From: Syntrophales bacterium | Lineage (GTDB): Bacteria; Desulfobacterota; Syntrophia; Syntrophales; UBA2210 | Length of the DNA: 64,000 nucleotides | Reading direction: 5' to 3' | NCBI GenBank assembly: GCA_963662405.2 | Contig: CAXXKT010000001.1 | Location: 2,368,001 to 2,432,000 of the forward strand | In this document: piece after piece, positions 39,629 to 50,038 of the stretch | Layout of the letters: each line of letters begins with the position of its first letter | Numbering within the stretch: the first letter of the stretch is position 1 | The notes under the pieces: generated by a model | Seen by the model: only the letters and a program-made list of their open reading frames with translations | What the model was told of the DNA's origin: nothing | Database searches by the model: none | Position numbers and translations under genes: made by a program

Positions 39629-40476
39629 ATGGATATAAAAAGGGTCGGAATTATAGCAAACAGCAGCAAGGAAAAGGCCCCGGAATGCGCCCTGCAGCTC
39701 GCCGGGTGGCTTTCGAACAAGGGCGTTGAGGTTTTCTTCGAGGATGCAATAGCCGGGAAGATACAGGTCGCCGGTGTCTCAGGAAACAATCTGGCATCCG
39801 TGGTGGATCTCCTGGTGGTATTCGGCGGTGACGGGACCCTCCTCATGGCGGCACGGTTGACGATGGGATCCGATGTTCCGATCCTGGGGATCAATATGGG
39901 TGGTTTCGGGTACATGACGGTGATCAACCTGGACGAGATGCTCGGCGATATAGAGCTGGTCCTTGAGGGGAAGTACACCCTTTCTCAGAGGATGATGCTG
40001 AGCGTTTCCGTGGAGGGGGCTGAGCACCCGGCCCTCAACGATGTCGTCATCAATCGGGGGAGTCTTTCCCGGATGGTCAACCTGGAGACCTTTGTCGATG
40101 GAAAGTATCTGACCACCTTCAAGGCGGATGGTCTGATCGTATCCACCCCGACCGGTTCTACGGCCTATTCCCTCTCGTCGGGAGGGCCCATCGTGATGCC
40201 GGAGCTCAAATCTATTATCATCAATCCCATCTGTCCGCATACCTTGACAAATCGGCCTCTCGTGCTTCCCCCGAATCGGAAATCGAGGTGGTGGTCTGGG
40301 TCAAGGAGGGAAAGGCCTCGGTGACCCTCGATGGGCAGGATCTCTATATCCTCAAATCGGGTGATCGGGTGGCTATGCGGAAATCGAAGGATTGTATCAA
40401 CCTTGTGGAATCTCCCCACCGTGATTACCTGGAGATCCTGCGAACCAAACTGGGATGGGGCGGATTGCCCGGATGA
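39629..40476 (+). CDS. nadK: NAD kinase with 1-nt frameshift in C5 run at 40268-40272
   Basis: [24 protein letters not shown]-terminal [14 protein letters not shown] lies in another frame. Confidence 0.9.
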
Positions 40477-40477
40477 G

Positions 40478-42160
40478 ATGCTGACGGAACTGAAGATACG
40501 AAATTTTGCCATCATCGATGAACTCCATGTCTCCTTTACCGGTGGATTAAATATGCTTTCCGGGGAGACGGGGGCCGGGAAATCGATCATTATCGGTGCG
40601 GTGAGTCTTCTCCTGGGAGACCGGGCTTCGAGCGATCTGGTGCGCTCCTCCGCCGATGCGGCCGTTGTCGAGGCGCTCTTTGATGTGAGGGACAATGCGG
40701 TCGTCCGCGAGCGGTTGGAAGAAGCCGGCATGGGGGAGGAAGAAGTACTATTGCTCAAGCGGGTGGTCTCGCGGGAGGGACGCAACAAGGTCTATATCAA
40801 CGGAAGCCCCGCGACCCTAGGGATGCTGGCATCATTCGGAGAGGCCCTCGTCAATATCTGCGGTCAACGCGAGCATCAGCTCCTCCTGGATATAGAGAAT
40901 CACATCGATATCCTCGATACCTTTGGTGGGCTGATACCCCTTCGAGACACGTTCACCGATCGGTACGCCGAATGGCAGGGATTGACGAAGAAATTGAATG
41001 GTCTGAAGGCGCAAAACGATGAAAAACTTCAGCGAGAAGAACTCCTCCGGTTTCAGTTGGACGAAATAGACAAGAGCGATCTCACGGTCGGAGAGGATGG
41101 AGCACTTCAGGACGAGAAGAGGGTCCTCTCTAACGCGCAGAGGCTTGACGAGTACGCCAGAGGCGTTTATGATACCCTGTATGCCGCCGAGGGGTCGATT
41201 ATCGAACAGCTGGGGGGTGTCGTCGATCATATCAGGAAGATCAGAAAGATAGATCCCGGGTTCGCGATAACCGATACGGAGGTCGAATCTCTCTTTTTCA
41301 ATCTTGAAGAGAGCGCCTTCGCCCTGCGGGATTACCTGAAAGGGATTACCTTCGATCCGGCACGACTGGAGGTAATCGAGGACCGCCTCGAGCTCCTGGC
41401 GAGAATCAAGCGGAAGTACGGAACGACGATTGAGGATGTTATCCGGAAGAGAGAAGAGATAGCGCACGAACTTGACGGAATAGCCTATCTCGGGGAAGAG
41501 ATTGCGCGGGTTTCGGAAGAAATCTCACGGAGGGAAGAGGTGCTTCTGGAGCGGGCGGGTGAACTGTCCGCGCGGAGGAAAGAGACCGCCGTAATCTTGA
41601 AAGAGACGATCGAGAGCGAAATCCGGTCGCTGCGGATGGCCGATGCGGTCTTTGAGGTGCGCTTTCGGGACCGGTCCGGGGAGCCGATGATCTCTTCTGT
41701 AAACCCGAAAGGGACAGACGAACTGGAGTTCTATCTATCCACCAATGTGGGTGAAGATCTCTTACCGCTCAATCGCATCGCCTCCGGGGGTGAGCTGTCA
41801 CGGATCGTGTTGGCCATGAAGAAAGCGCTGGCGGGGACCGGCGCCGTTGGTACGGTCGTTTTTGATGAGGTGGACAGTGGGATCGGAGGAGCCGTTGCGG
41901 AGGTCGTGGGGAAGAAACTGCAGGATGTCTCCCGACACCATCAGGTCATCTGCATCACCCACCTGCCGCAGATAGCCTGTTTCGGTGATACCCACTTTCT
42001 CGTCTCCAAGAGTGTGGAGGGGGAACGAACCAATGCCGCTGTTGACCTCCTCTCGGAGGAGGATCGTCTTGACGAGATCGCCCGGATGTTGAGCGGTATA
42101 GAGATAACGGAAAAGACCAGGGAACACGCATCGGAGATGCTGAGAATGTCAGGTCGATAG
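40478..42160 (+). CDS. recN: DNA repair protein RecN
   Basis: GETGAGKS, ASGGELSR, FDEVDSG, ITHLPQ. Confidence 0.97.
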   Translation: MLTELKIRNFAIIDELHVSFTGGLNMLSGETGAGKSIIIGAVSLLLGDRASSDLVRSSADAAVVEALFDVRDNAVVRERLEEAGMGEEEVLLLKRVVSREGRNKVYINGSPATLGMLASFGEALVNICGQREHQLLLDIENHIDILDTFGGLIPLRDTFTDRYAEWQGLTKKLNGLKAQNDEKLQREELLRFQLDEIDKSDLTVGEDGALQDEKRVLSNAQRLDEYARGVYDTLYAAEGSIIEQLGGVVDHIRKIRKIDPGFAITDTEVESLFFNLEESAFALRDYLKGITFDPARLEVIEDRLELLARIKRKYGTTIEDVIRKREEIAHELDGIAYLGEEIARVSEEISRREEVLLERAGELSARRKETAVILKETIESEIRSLRMADAVFEVRFRDRSGEPMISSVNPKGTDELEFYLSTNVGEDLLPLNRIASGGELSRIVLAMKKALAGTGAVGTVVFDEVDSGIGGAVAEVVGKKLQDVSRHHQVICITHLPQIACFGDTHFLVSKSVEGERTNAAVDLLSEEDRLDEIARMLSGIEITEKTREHASEMLRMSGR

Positions 42161-42202
42161 CCGGGTGCCGGGAACTGACGAAACGAAAGACGGGTAGTGG
42201 AG

Positions 42203-42658
42203 ATGTTGAGAAAGGCAAAGGTAAGCGACGTAAAGATCATTCATCAGATGATTAATTTCTCTTCAAACAAAGGGGAAATGCTCCCCCGGTCACTCATGGA
42301 TCTGTACGGCAGCCTGCGCGATTTCTTCGTCTCTCTCGACGATGACGGTTCCCTGATCGGTTTCTGTGCCATGCACATCTTCTGGGAAAACCTCGCGGAG
42401 GTCAGGTCTTTGTATGTACGAGACCAAAGCAGAAGGACGGGTGTCGGTAGAAAACTGGTAGAGGCATGTATCTCCGAGGCGATTACCCTCGATCTTTTGA
42501 GGATATTCACCCTCACCTATCAGACCGAGTTTTTCGAGAGCCTCGGTTTTGTGGTCACCGACCGATCCAAACTTCCCGAAAAGGTGTGGTCCGACTGTTT
42601 CAAGTGCTCGAAATATCCTGACTTCTGTGATGAAATCGCCATGATTGTCGAACTCTGA
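42203..42658 (+). CDS. argA: Short GNAT N-acetylglutamate synthase-like acetyltransferase
   Basis: MLPRS, LAEVRSL, LPEKVWSDCFKC..CDEIA. Confidence 0.75.
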   Translation: MLRKAKVSDVKIIHQMINFSSNKGEMLPRSLMDLYGSLRDFFVSLDDDGSLIGFCAMHIFWENLAEVRSLYVRDQSRRTGVGRKLVEACISEAITLDLLRIFTLTYQTEFFESLGFVVTDRSKLPEKVWSDCFKCSKYPDFCDEIAMIVEL

Positions 42659-44123
42659 ATGGGGGGTGTGCACTCTTTCTCTCACCGACAGAGGGGGTCT
42701 CTCCATCCGGGTGATCGCCTGCAGTCCCCTGGATGAAGTCGACGGCCTGTTGCCGGTCCCAGCTACTACCGGAAACCGGCGGTGAACGAAACTCCCCGCG
42801 CTGTCTACAAGACAATCGATTGCCGGGGGGAGTATCAGGTCCCCCTCTTCGAATCCCCCGAGGAGGCGGCGCGGGTTTTCCAAACCTCTTACCGGCATTC
42901 GTTGCGGAAGAGACGAACTGAGGGCGAGGAACCGGCACAAATCCTTCACAAAAAGGAGCCGCATAACCATTACCAGGAGCCCGCTATGAAGTTGCTCCGT
43001 CTTTGTTGTCTGATCGTCATGCTGGTCGTGATCATTCCGATACCGGGGAACGCGGGTCAGGCGGTCACCATAGTGCACACAAACGATCTTCACTCCCATC
43101 TCCTTGGCTTTTCGCCCAACGTCGATTATACCCCCCTCACGGCGGGGGACGACCCGACCGTCGGTGGGTGGGCACGGATAGCGGGCGTGATCAAGGAGGT
43201 CAAGCGGAGCCGGACGAACCCGGTCCTGGTCCTTGATGCCGGTGATTTTCTGATGGGCTCGCTCTTCCCTATGCTGAGTCGGGAGGAGGCCTTCGAACTC
43301 AGACTGATGGGTGAGATGGGATACGATCTCGTCACCCTCGGCAATCATGAGTTTGATCTCAAGCCGGCCGGCCTGGCCCGGATCATCTCAACCGCTGAAC
43401 GTGCGGGGCGGATCCCCCCGTTAGTCCTTTCCAATGCGATCTTCAGTCGTGAAAGCGCGGCAGACGACGAACTGGAGAAGATCTTTGCCCGGGGGATTGT
43501 CCGGCCGTACCGGGTGATTGCAAGAGACGGGATCCGTATCGGTCTGTTCGGGCTCATGGGGAAGGCTGCGGCGGAGGTGGCCCCCTTCGCATCACCCGTC
43601 ACCTTTGATGATCCGATCACCGTCGCTCGCCAAATGGTCGAGGTGCTGCGGGGAGAGGAGCGGGCCGATATCGTGATCTGCCTGTCCCACAGTGGTCTTT
43701 CCGAGGACCCCGAACGCTCCGAGGATGAGATCCTGGCGCGCCAGGTCCCCGGGATCGACGTCATCATCAGCGGTCACACCCACACGGAGACCGATCTTCG
43801 AACGGTTAATAGGACCCTCATCGTTCAGGCCTGGTGTTATGGGAGACAGGTCGGGGTGCTGGACCTCACCGGTGACGGCAGCGGGGTGTCATTGGAGAGG
43901 TATCGCCGTATCGATATCGATGATTCCGTCGAGAGCGATCCCCGGATTGCCGGTATGATCGATGCCTTTGAGTCCCGTATAAACAAGGAATTTCTGGTAC
44001 CGAAAGGGCTTGCCTTCCGTCAGGTTATCGCCCATACCGCCTTCCCCAGAGCTGGTCGGGCAAATTTGGACAGGTGCATAAGTGGGAAAGTTGCTCTATA
44101 GTGGACGTAAGGAGGAAAGAGAT

Positions 44124-44426
44124 ATGAGCAAGAGACCGCGGAGGAACCATGCACCGTCCTTCAAGGCGAAGGTGGCATTGGAGGCACTGAAAGGGGACCA
44201 GACGATCGTTGAGCTTGCCGAGCGGTATCAGGTACACCCGAACCAGATCACCACATGGAAGAAGCAGTTGATGGATCACGCATCGGACGTATTTGGCAAG
44301 GGTCATAAGGACAACCAGGGTCCGGATGTAAAAGAACTTCACGCCAAGATCGGACAGTTATCGATGGAGAATGATTTTTTATCACATGCGCTCGGTCGCA
44401 TCAACGGAACGAGCGCAAAGCGATGA
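44124..44426 (+). CDS. IS3-family OrfA
   Basis: Same protein as copy 1; T TTT TTA at 44375-44381. Confidence 0.93.
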   Translation: MSKRPRRNHAPSFKAKVALEALKGDQTIVELAERYQVHPNQITTWKKQLMDHASDVFGKGHKDNQGPDVKELHAKIGQLSMENDFLSHALGRINGTSAKR

Positions 44427-45253
44427 TCAAGAGAGAAAAGAGTGTGCCCATAACCCGTCAATGCGAACTCTTGGAGCTGTCCCGATCGAGTGTTTATTAC
44501 TCTCCGGTTCCGGTCAGCGCGAAGGATCTGGAGCTGATGCGTCAGATTGATGAGATTCATCTTCAGTATCCCTTCTATGGGAGTCGGAAGATTCGCAATG
44601 AGCTGTGGCAGAGAGGGTATGATATCGGACGTGATAAGGTACGTCGGTTGATGCGTCGCATGGGGATCGAGGCGTTGTACATCAAGCCGAGATTATCGAT
44701 AAAGCATCCCCAGCACCCGATATATCCGTATCTGTTACGGGGACTTGATATCATCCGTCCCAACCACGTATGGTCTGCCGATATCACGTATATTCCCATG
44801 GAACGAGGGTTCTGTTATCTGGTAGCCGTTATGGACTGGGCGAGTCGGATGGTCCTCTCCTGGCGGTTGTCGAATACGTTGGACAGTGCGTTTTGTGTGG
44901 ATGCGCTTGAAGAAGCACTCACCACGTATGGGCGCCCGGCTATCTTCAATACCGATCAGGGCAGTCAGTTTACCTCACAGGCATTCATCGATGTCCTTCG
45001 CTCTCATGATATCTCTATCAGCATGGACGGTCAGGGGCGATGGATGGACAATGTCTTCATCGAACGGCTCTGGAAGAGCGTCAAGTACGAAGATATCTAT
45101 CTGAAGGCATACGGTTCAATGAAAGAGTTGAAGAAGGGGCTTACCGACTATTTTCAGTTCTACAACGAGAAACGGTGGCACAATACTTTTGACAGAAAGA
45201 CACCGGCTATGGTTTATTTTGAATCACTACCACAGGGACAGGCTGCGGCATGA
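44423..45253 (+). CDS. IS3-family OrfB
   Basis: DDE motifs; one H/Y difference from copy 1. Confidence 0.95.
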   Translation: MIKREKSVPITRQCELLELSRSSVYYSPVPVSAKDLELMRQIDEIHLQYPFYGSRKIRNELWQRGYDIGRDKVRRLMRRMGIEALYIKPRLSIKHPQHPIYPYLLRGLDIIRPNHVWSADITYIPMERGFCYLVAVMDWASRMVLSWRLSNTLDSAFCVDALEEALTTYGRPAIFNTDQGSQFTSQAFIDVLRSHDISISMDGQGRWMDNVFIERLWKSVKYEDIYLKAYGSMKELKKGLTDYFQFYNEKRWHNTFDRKTPAMVYFESLPQGQAAA

Positions 45254-46432
45254 ACACAAACCCAGGGCAACTTCCCACTTATAAATCCCTGTTACCTGTC
45301 CAAAGAAACCGGACCACCTCTCCCCTCGAGGTCAGGGAGGATGAATGCAACCTGGGGAACCTGATTGCCGATTCCATTCCCTGGTATATCAACAGGCATG
45401 ACTCTGATCCGGACAACCCGGCCCCCCCGGTGGCGATTGGGGTGGTCAGCAACGGGGTGATCCGCGATGCGATCAAACCGGGGAAAACGGGCGGAATCGC
45501 CGTCTGCGACGCATTCCGGGCCATCCCCTTGGGGATCGGATTCGATGACCAGGCCTCGATGGGGTATCCCCTGATTTCCTTTTATATCTATCCCTCGGAG
45601 GTAAAAAAGGCCCTGGAGATACTGACCAGCATCTACCCCCTGAAGGGGCCCGATTATTACCTCCAGTCCTCCGGCGTCAGGTTCTCGTATAATCCTCACC
45701 GGATGATCTTTGACCGGATCACGGAGATATGGCTCGGCGATGAAAAAAAGGGCTACACCCGGCTGGATTATTCGCCCTCAAACCGGCGACTCATCCGGGT
45801 CGCCGCCGATATCTACAATGCCACCTTCCTGAAGATAGTAGGGGATTTTACCTGGCATATCCTGGATATCGTCCCGAAAGACCGGAAGGGAATCCCCGTC
45901 GACGACCTGCGGACCGTCCGGGTCGATGCCGATCGGCAGGCCCCGGGTATCCAGGAGCTTAAGGAATATATGGGTTTTCTGGAGTATATTCGGTCGTTCC
46001 CCGATGTAACGGGTGACGGTGTACCGGACATTCCGGAGAGATATCGGGGAAAATCGGGGCGCCAGATTATCGCGGCCAGTTGGAACCCCGTCAGCCTCCT
46101 GAAAAGGGGAACATATGTCACCTGGATCGCCGTTGGCCTTTCCCTGATCGTTATTTTGGTCATTGCCCTGCTCGCCGTCCGTATCCGACATATGGTCAGA
46201 CGATCGTAACTCAACCCCTTTTAGCGATGATATAATATGCCTTGACAGTGAGGAGGGTGTCGTTGTAGGTTTGGAAAAGCGGTGTGCGATTGCACCGGAG
46301 AGCCATTTGGAATCCGAATTGGCTACATGGCGGAGAGTATACGAGGGACCACCATGCTCTGCGGGGTGTGGTGGCCTTTTTGTATAAAATTAAGAAGCAT
46401 TCTGTAAGATACCGAGGAAGAAAGGATAGGAT

Positions 46433-46918
46433 ATGTCGAACACAATAACATTGGGGGACACGATAAGCGTCCATTACACCGGAAGGCTCGAGAACGAAGA
46501 GGTCTTCGATTCCTCCGAGGGACGTGCGCCCCTTGTCTTTACCGTAGGGGCGGGACAGCTCATTAAAGGTTTCGATGATGCGGTTATCGGTATGGCCTCC
46601 GGGGAGAAGAAGACGGTCACGATTTTACCTGAAGAGGCTTACGGCGAAAGGCGGGAGGACCATATTGTCGATTTCCCGAAGGCGAACATTCCGCCGGACT
46701 TGGAGCCCGAGATCGGCATGGTCGTCCAGATGTCGGATCAATCGGGGCGTCCCATTCCGGTGATCGTGACGGAGATACTCGATGATGTGGTTAAATTGGA
46801 TGTCAATCACCCCCTTGCCGGAAAGACCCTCATGTTCGATATCGAGATCGTCGAAACAGGACTCCAACCTCACTGCCAGACCTGTTCAGGGGATTGCGGC
46901 GGGTGCTGCGAAGGCTGA
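46433..46918 (+). CDS. slyD: FKBP-type peptidyl-prolyl isomerase, SlyD-like
   Basis: VHYTG, GQLIKGF, PEEAYG, NHPLAGK; Cys-rich tail. Confidence 0.85.
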   Translation: MSNTITLGDTISVHYTGRLENEEVFDSSEGRAPLVFTVGAGQLIKGFDDAVIGMASGEKKTVTILPEEAYGERREDHIVDFPKANIPPDLEPEIGMVVQMSDQSGRPIPVIVTEILDDVVKLDVNHPLAGKTLMFDIEIVETGLQPHCQTCSGDCGGCCEG

Positions 46919-47014
46919 GGCGCCAGCGAAGGGTTGGATTTTTCTTTGAGCCCCCTGGATGTTGTTCCGCCTGTCTGGTATGAATAACGGGGTGTATCGG
47001 TTGTGTGGTGAGTT

Positions 47015-48196
47015 GTGCGGACGAAGGTACTGTTGATTTTTCTTGTGGTATTGTGTGTCGCGGGGTGTGCGATCAGAGCGCCGGAGCAAGAGCAGGGGCC
47101 CCTTGTCCCCGTGTCCCCCGGAGCGATCCCCCCCTTGGTTGATGATCTCGACCGGACATCCCTGGAGTTGGCGATCGACCGAAGTAAGGAGTACTACGAC
47201 CGACTTCCCGTTGAACGGACCGTGCGTTTCGGAGACCGCCTGTGCACCGTCGGGGAACTGAAAGAGTCCCTCCACGCGTTCCTCGATATTCTCAGGACGT
47301 CTGATTCGGACAGGGAGAGGATAGAGAGGATCGGCAAGGCCTTTGATGTCTACAAGAGTCCCGGAAGGGGCGAAGCAGGGGTCCTCTTCACCGGATACTA
47401 TGAACCGATCCTTGACGGTTCCCTTCAGCGGACGGATACATATCGCTATCCCATCTACCGAACACCTGACGATCACATTGCGATCGACCTCGGGACCTTT
47501 AAAGAGAAATACCGGGGAGAGCGGATCATCGCCCGGGTCGAAGAAGGGAACATCGTCCCCTACTATACCCGGGAGGATATCGATGTCAGGGGGTGTCTTG
47601 CCGGTAAGGGCCTCGAGCTTCTCTGGCTCTCCGATCCCATTGACATCTTTTTCCTCCAGATCCAGGGATCCGGGGTCGTAAAGCTCCCCGACGGTAAACT
47701 CGTCCAGGTCAGCTACGAGCAGAGTAACGGTCACCCCTACAGCAGTGTGGGGAGGATCCTGGTAGAAGAGGGAAAGATGACCTTAGGAGAGGTGTCTATG
47801 AAAGGGATCAAGAGATACCTCAGGGATCATCCTGATGAGATCTTTGAGATCCTGAGTCGAAATGAGAGTTATGTATTCTTCCGTATCGTTGACGAGGGTC
47901 CGGTGGGGAGCCTGAATGTGACGGTCACCCCGGGGAGGTCCATTGCCACGGATGCGAGCCTGTTTCCCAAGGGAGCGATTGCCTTCGTCCGCCTCCGAAA
48001 GCCTGTTATCGATGAAGAGGGTACCATTGTGTCGTGGGAGCCCTTTTCACGATTTGTCCTCAATCAGGATACCGGGGGGGCGATCAAAGGCCCCGGAAGG
48101 GTTGATCTGTTCTGCGGAAGAGGGAGAGACGCGGAGATCATGGCGGGGCATCTGCGGCAGGAAGGTGAGCTGTACTTTCTCGTGAAGAAGAGATAG
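47015..48196 (+). CDS. mltA: Membrane-bound lytic murein transglycosylase A
   Basis: Lipobox VAGC, FTGYYEP, IQGSG, QDTGGAIKG..D. Confidence 0.93.
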   Translation: MRTKVLLIFLVVLCVAGCAIRAPEQEQGPLVPVSPGAIPPLVDDLDRTSLELAIDRSKEYYDRLPVERTVRFGDRLCTVGELKESLHAFLDILRTSDSDRERIERIGKAFDVYKSPGRGEAGVLFTGYYEPILDGSLQRTDTYRYPIYRTPDDHIAIDLGTFKEKYRGERIIARVEEGNIVPYYTREDIDVRGCLAGKGLELLWLSDPIDIFFLQIQGSGVVKLPDGKLVQVSYEQSNGHPYSSVGRILVEEGKMTLGEVSMKGIKRYLRDHPDEIFEILSRNESYVFFRIVDEGPVGSLNVTVTPGRSIATDASLFPKGAIAFVRLRKPVIDEEGTIVSWEPFSRFVLNQDTGGAIKGPGRVDLFCGRGRDAEIMAGHLRQEGELYFLVKKR

Positions 48197-48732
48197 ATTG
48201 TTTGTTCCGTTTCCATCGCCTGGCCGTTTGTGAACGTTAAGGCATGATCGGGGGTTGTCCCGAGATCGATCTCGGTTTTGATTTTGCGCGGCAGTGGTGG
48301 CCATACGAGGATAGATATAAGGGCTTGGAATCTAAAGTTTCTCCATGCCGGGGTTGTGCCGAGGATGAAAGCGATCAGGTGAGGCGAGGTCGGGAAATCG
48401 TGAACCATCTGACGGCCGAATGCCTCATATCCGTCACTTCCAAGAGGCGGTTGATGGTGTCAAACGACTGCGACAAACCTCATTGCGGAAACTGTACCGG
48501 AGTCCCTTTGTCTTGTGGTTATTGGGTTTGCGGTAAATTTTGCTTGATTGTTCATTTCCTTTGTGTTAGGTGCATTTTTACAGTTTCTGCTGGTGTCGGA
48601 GTAGTGGTTTGGGATCTTTCACGGGAAGATCGTCTGATGTGGTGATGTGAGCGAGAGATGAGATAGTGCCGTCCCGGTATGTCTCAGGTGCTGGATTTAT
48701 AACCGTACATAACTATCCAAGAGGAGGGAAAA

Positions 48733-49002
48733 ATGACGAAAGCCGAATTAATAGCAGCAATTGCCGGAGATGCGGGGATTACGAAGGCTCAGGCCACAAA
48801 GGCCCTGGACTCGTATATCGACCATGTAACCAAAGAACTCAAAAAGAATGGTAAGCTGGGCTTAGTCGGTTTCGGGACATTTTCGGTTGTGAAGAGAAAA
48901 GCGCGGACGGGCCGTAACCCCCAGACGGGAGCGGAGATTCAGATTAAGGCGAAGAATGTTATCAAATTTAAACCCGGCAAGACGCTTGCTGATAAGGTTT
49001 GA
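48733..49002 (+). CDS. hup: DNA-binding protein HU
   Basis: GFGTF, ARTGRNPQTG, FKPGK. Confidence 0.95.
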   Translation: MTKAELIAAIAGDAGITKAQATKALDSYIDHVTKELKKNGKLGLVGFGTFSVVKRKARTGRNPQTGAEIQIKAKNVIKFKPGKTLADKV

Positions 49003-49015
49003 TCGTTGCGGTTTT

Positions 49016-49051
49016 ATGGCCCCTGGTTTGAGTATCAGGGGCCATTTTTTT
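49016..49051 (+). terminator. Intrinsic terminator
   Basis: ATGGCCCCTG / CAGGGGCCAT stem plus T-run. Confidence 0.85.
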
Positions 49052-49112
49052 GTCCTCCCGTTTCGTTTTCGCCGATTGACACACCTCCTTTCAACGGATA
49101 TTGCAGGTGCCT

Positions 49113-49904
49113 ATGAATATCGGTGAAGAATTGTCGCAGCTTCCCATTTTCCCAGTATTGAAGGAGGTCGGTACATGTGCTGACCGGATGGGGTGCGGTG
49201 CGTATGTCGTGGGTGGATTGGTACGAGACCTGTTTTTGCGGCGTGAGACCGGTGATGCCGATGTGGCGATAGAGGGGGACGGCGTTGCGTTCTCGTCACG
49301 GTTCGCAGCCGATCACGGTGCATCCCTTACCCTCTACCGGAAATTCAGAACGGCACGCCTTCTTCTCCCGTCCGGGATCAAGATTGATGTCGCCACGGCA
49401 CGAATTGAGTCCTATGAACGGCCCGCAGCCCTCCCTATCGTGAAGCCCGGTGCGATAGAAGATGATCTGTATCGCCGAGACTTTTCCATCAATGCACTCG
49501 CGGCCTGTTTGAATGCCGGTTGTTGGGGGGATCTCCTCGATCCCTTTGGGTCAAGGCGGGATGTGGCGGCCGGGTTGATTCGAGTCCTGCATGGCAGGAG
49601 TTTCATCGATGATCCGACGAGGATATTCCGGGCCCTGCGATTCGAGCAGCGCCTTGGCTTCAGTCTGGAAAAGGAAACTCGGCGATATCTGCAACAGGCC
49701 GTGTCGGCGCATCTCGTGGAGAGGCTATCCGGTTACCGGATAGCCTCGGAGCTGAAGCTTGTCATGAGAGAGGAGGAACCGCTTCCCATTATACAACGGC
49801 TCGAAGAGAGCGGAGTCCTCTCATCCGTTCGTAAAAGGGGAAGGAAGAGCGGGGATGTACGGAACCTGCTCAGCAGGATAGATGAAGTAAAATTGAATAT
49901 TTGA
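49113..49904 (+). CDS. Class II tRNA nucleotidyltransferase/poly(A) polymerase family, short form
   Basis: VGGLVRD, DAD, EDDLYRRDFSINA, DDPTRIFRALRF. Confidence 0.85.
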   Translation: MNIGEELSQLPIFPVLKEVGTCADRMGCGAYVVGGLVRDLFLRRETGDADVAIEGDGVAFSSRFAADHGASLTLYRKFRTARLLLPSGIKIDVATARIESYERPAALPIVKPGAIEDDLYRRDFSINALAACLNAGCWGDLLDPFGSRRDVAAGLIRVLHGRSFIDDPTRIFRALRFEQRLGFSLEKETRRYLQQAVSAHLVERLSGYRIASELKLVMREEEPLPIIQRLEESGVLSSVRKRGRKSGDVRNLLSRIDEVKLNI

Positions 49905-50038
49905 CAGGGAACCCCCTTTTTTGTTATAGGGTCGCTTCGATAGCCCTTGCGTCGGGTTGCAAAGCGGCGAGGGGGAGGGGTGCCTGTGTGCTTCCCTCCC
50001 GTGAATAGTCTGTCATGATATATGTCTGAGGAGATGTT

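Larger units (their letters stand above)
44048..45321 (+). mobile_element. IS3-family element, copy 2 (1274 bp), CCC target duplication
   Basis: Near-identical to 15268-16541, inverted orientation. Confidence 0.96.
42986..46209 (+). pseudogene. 5'-nucleotidase/UDP-sugar hydrolase interrupted by IS3
   Basis: HTNDLH, DAGD, GNHEFD, SGHTH in 5' part; removing IS plus CCC restores AHTAFP-LEVREDECNLGNLIAD; C-terminal TM anchor. Confidence 0.92.

Noticed and set aside
15268..45321. Past inversion between the two inverted IS3 copies
   Set aside because: Copy 2 retains both halves of its target gene and its CCC duplication
48197..48732. ncRNA or small gene in the long mltA-hup intergenic region
   Set aside because: No recognisable RNA family structure; the 133-aa ORF has no motif or clear RBS
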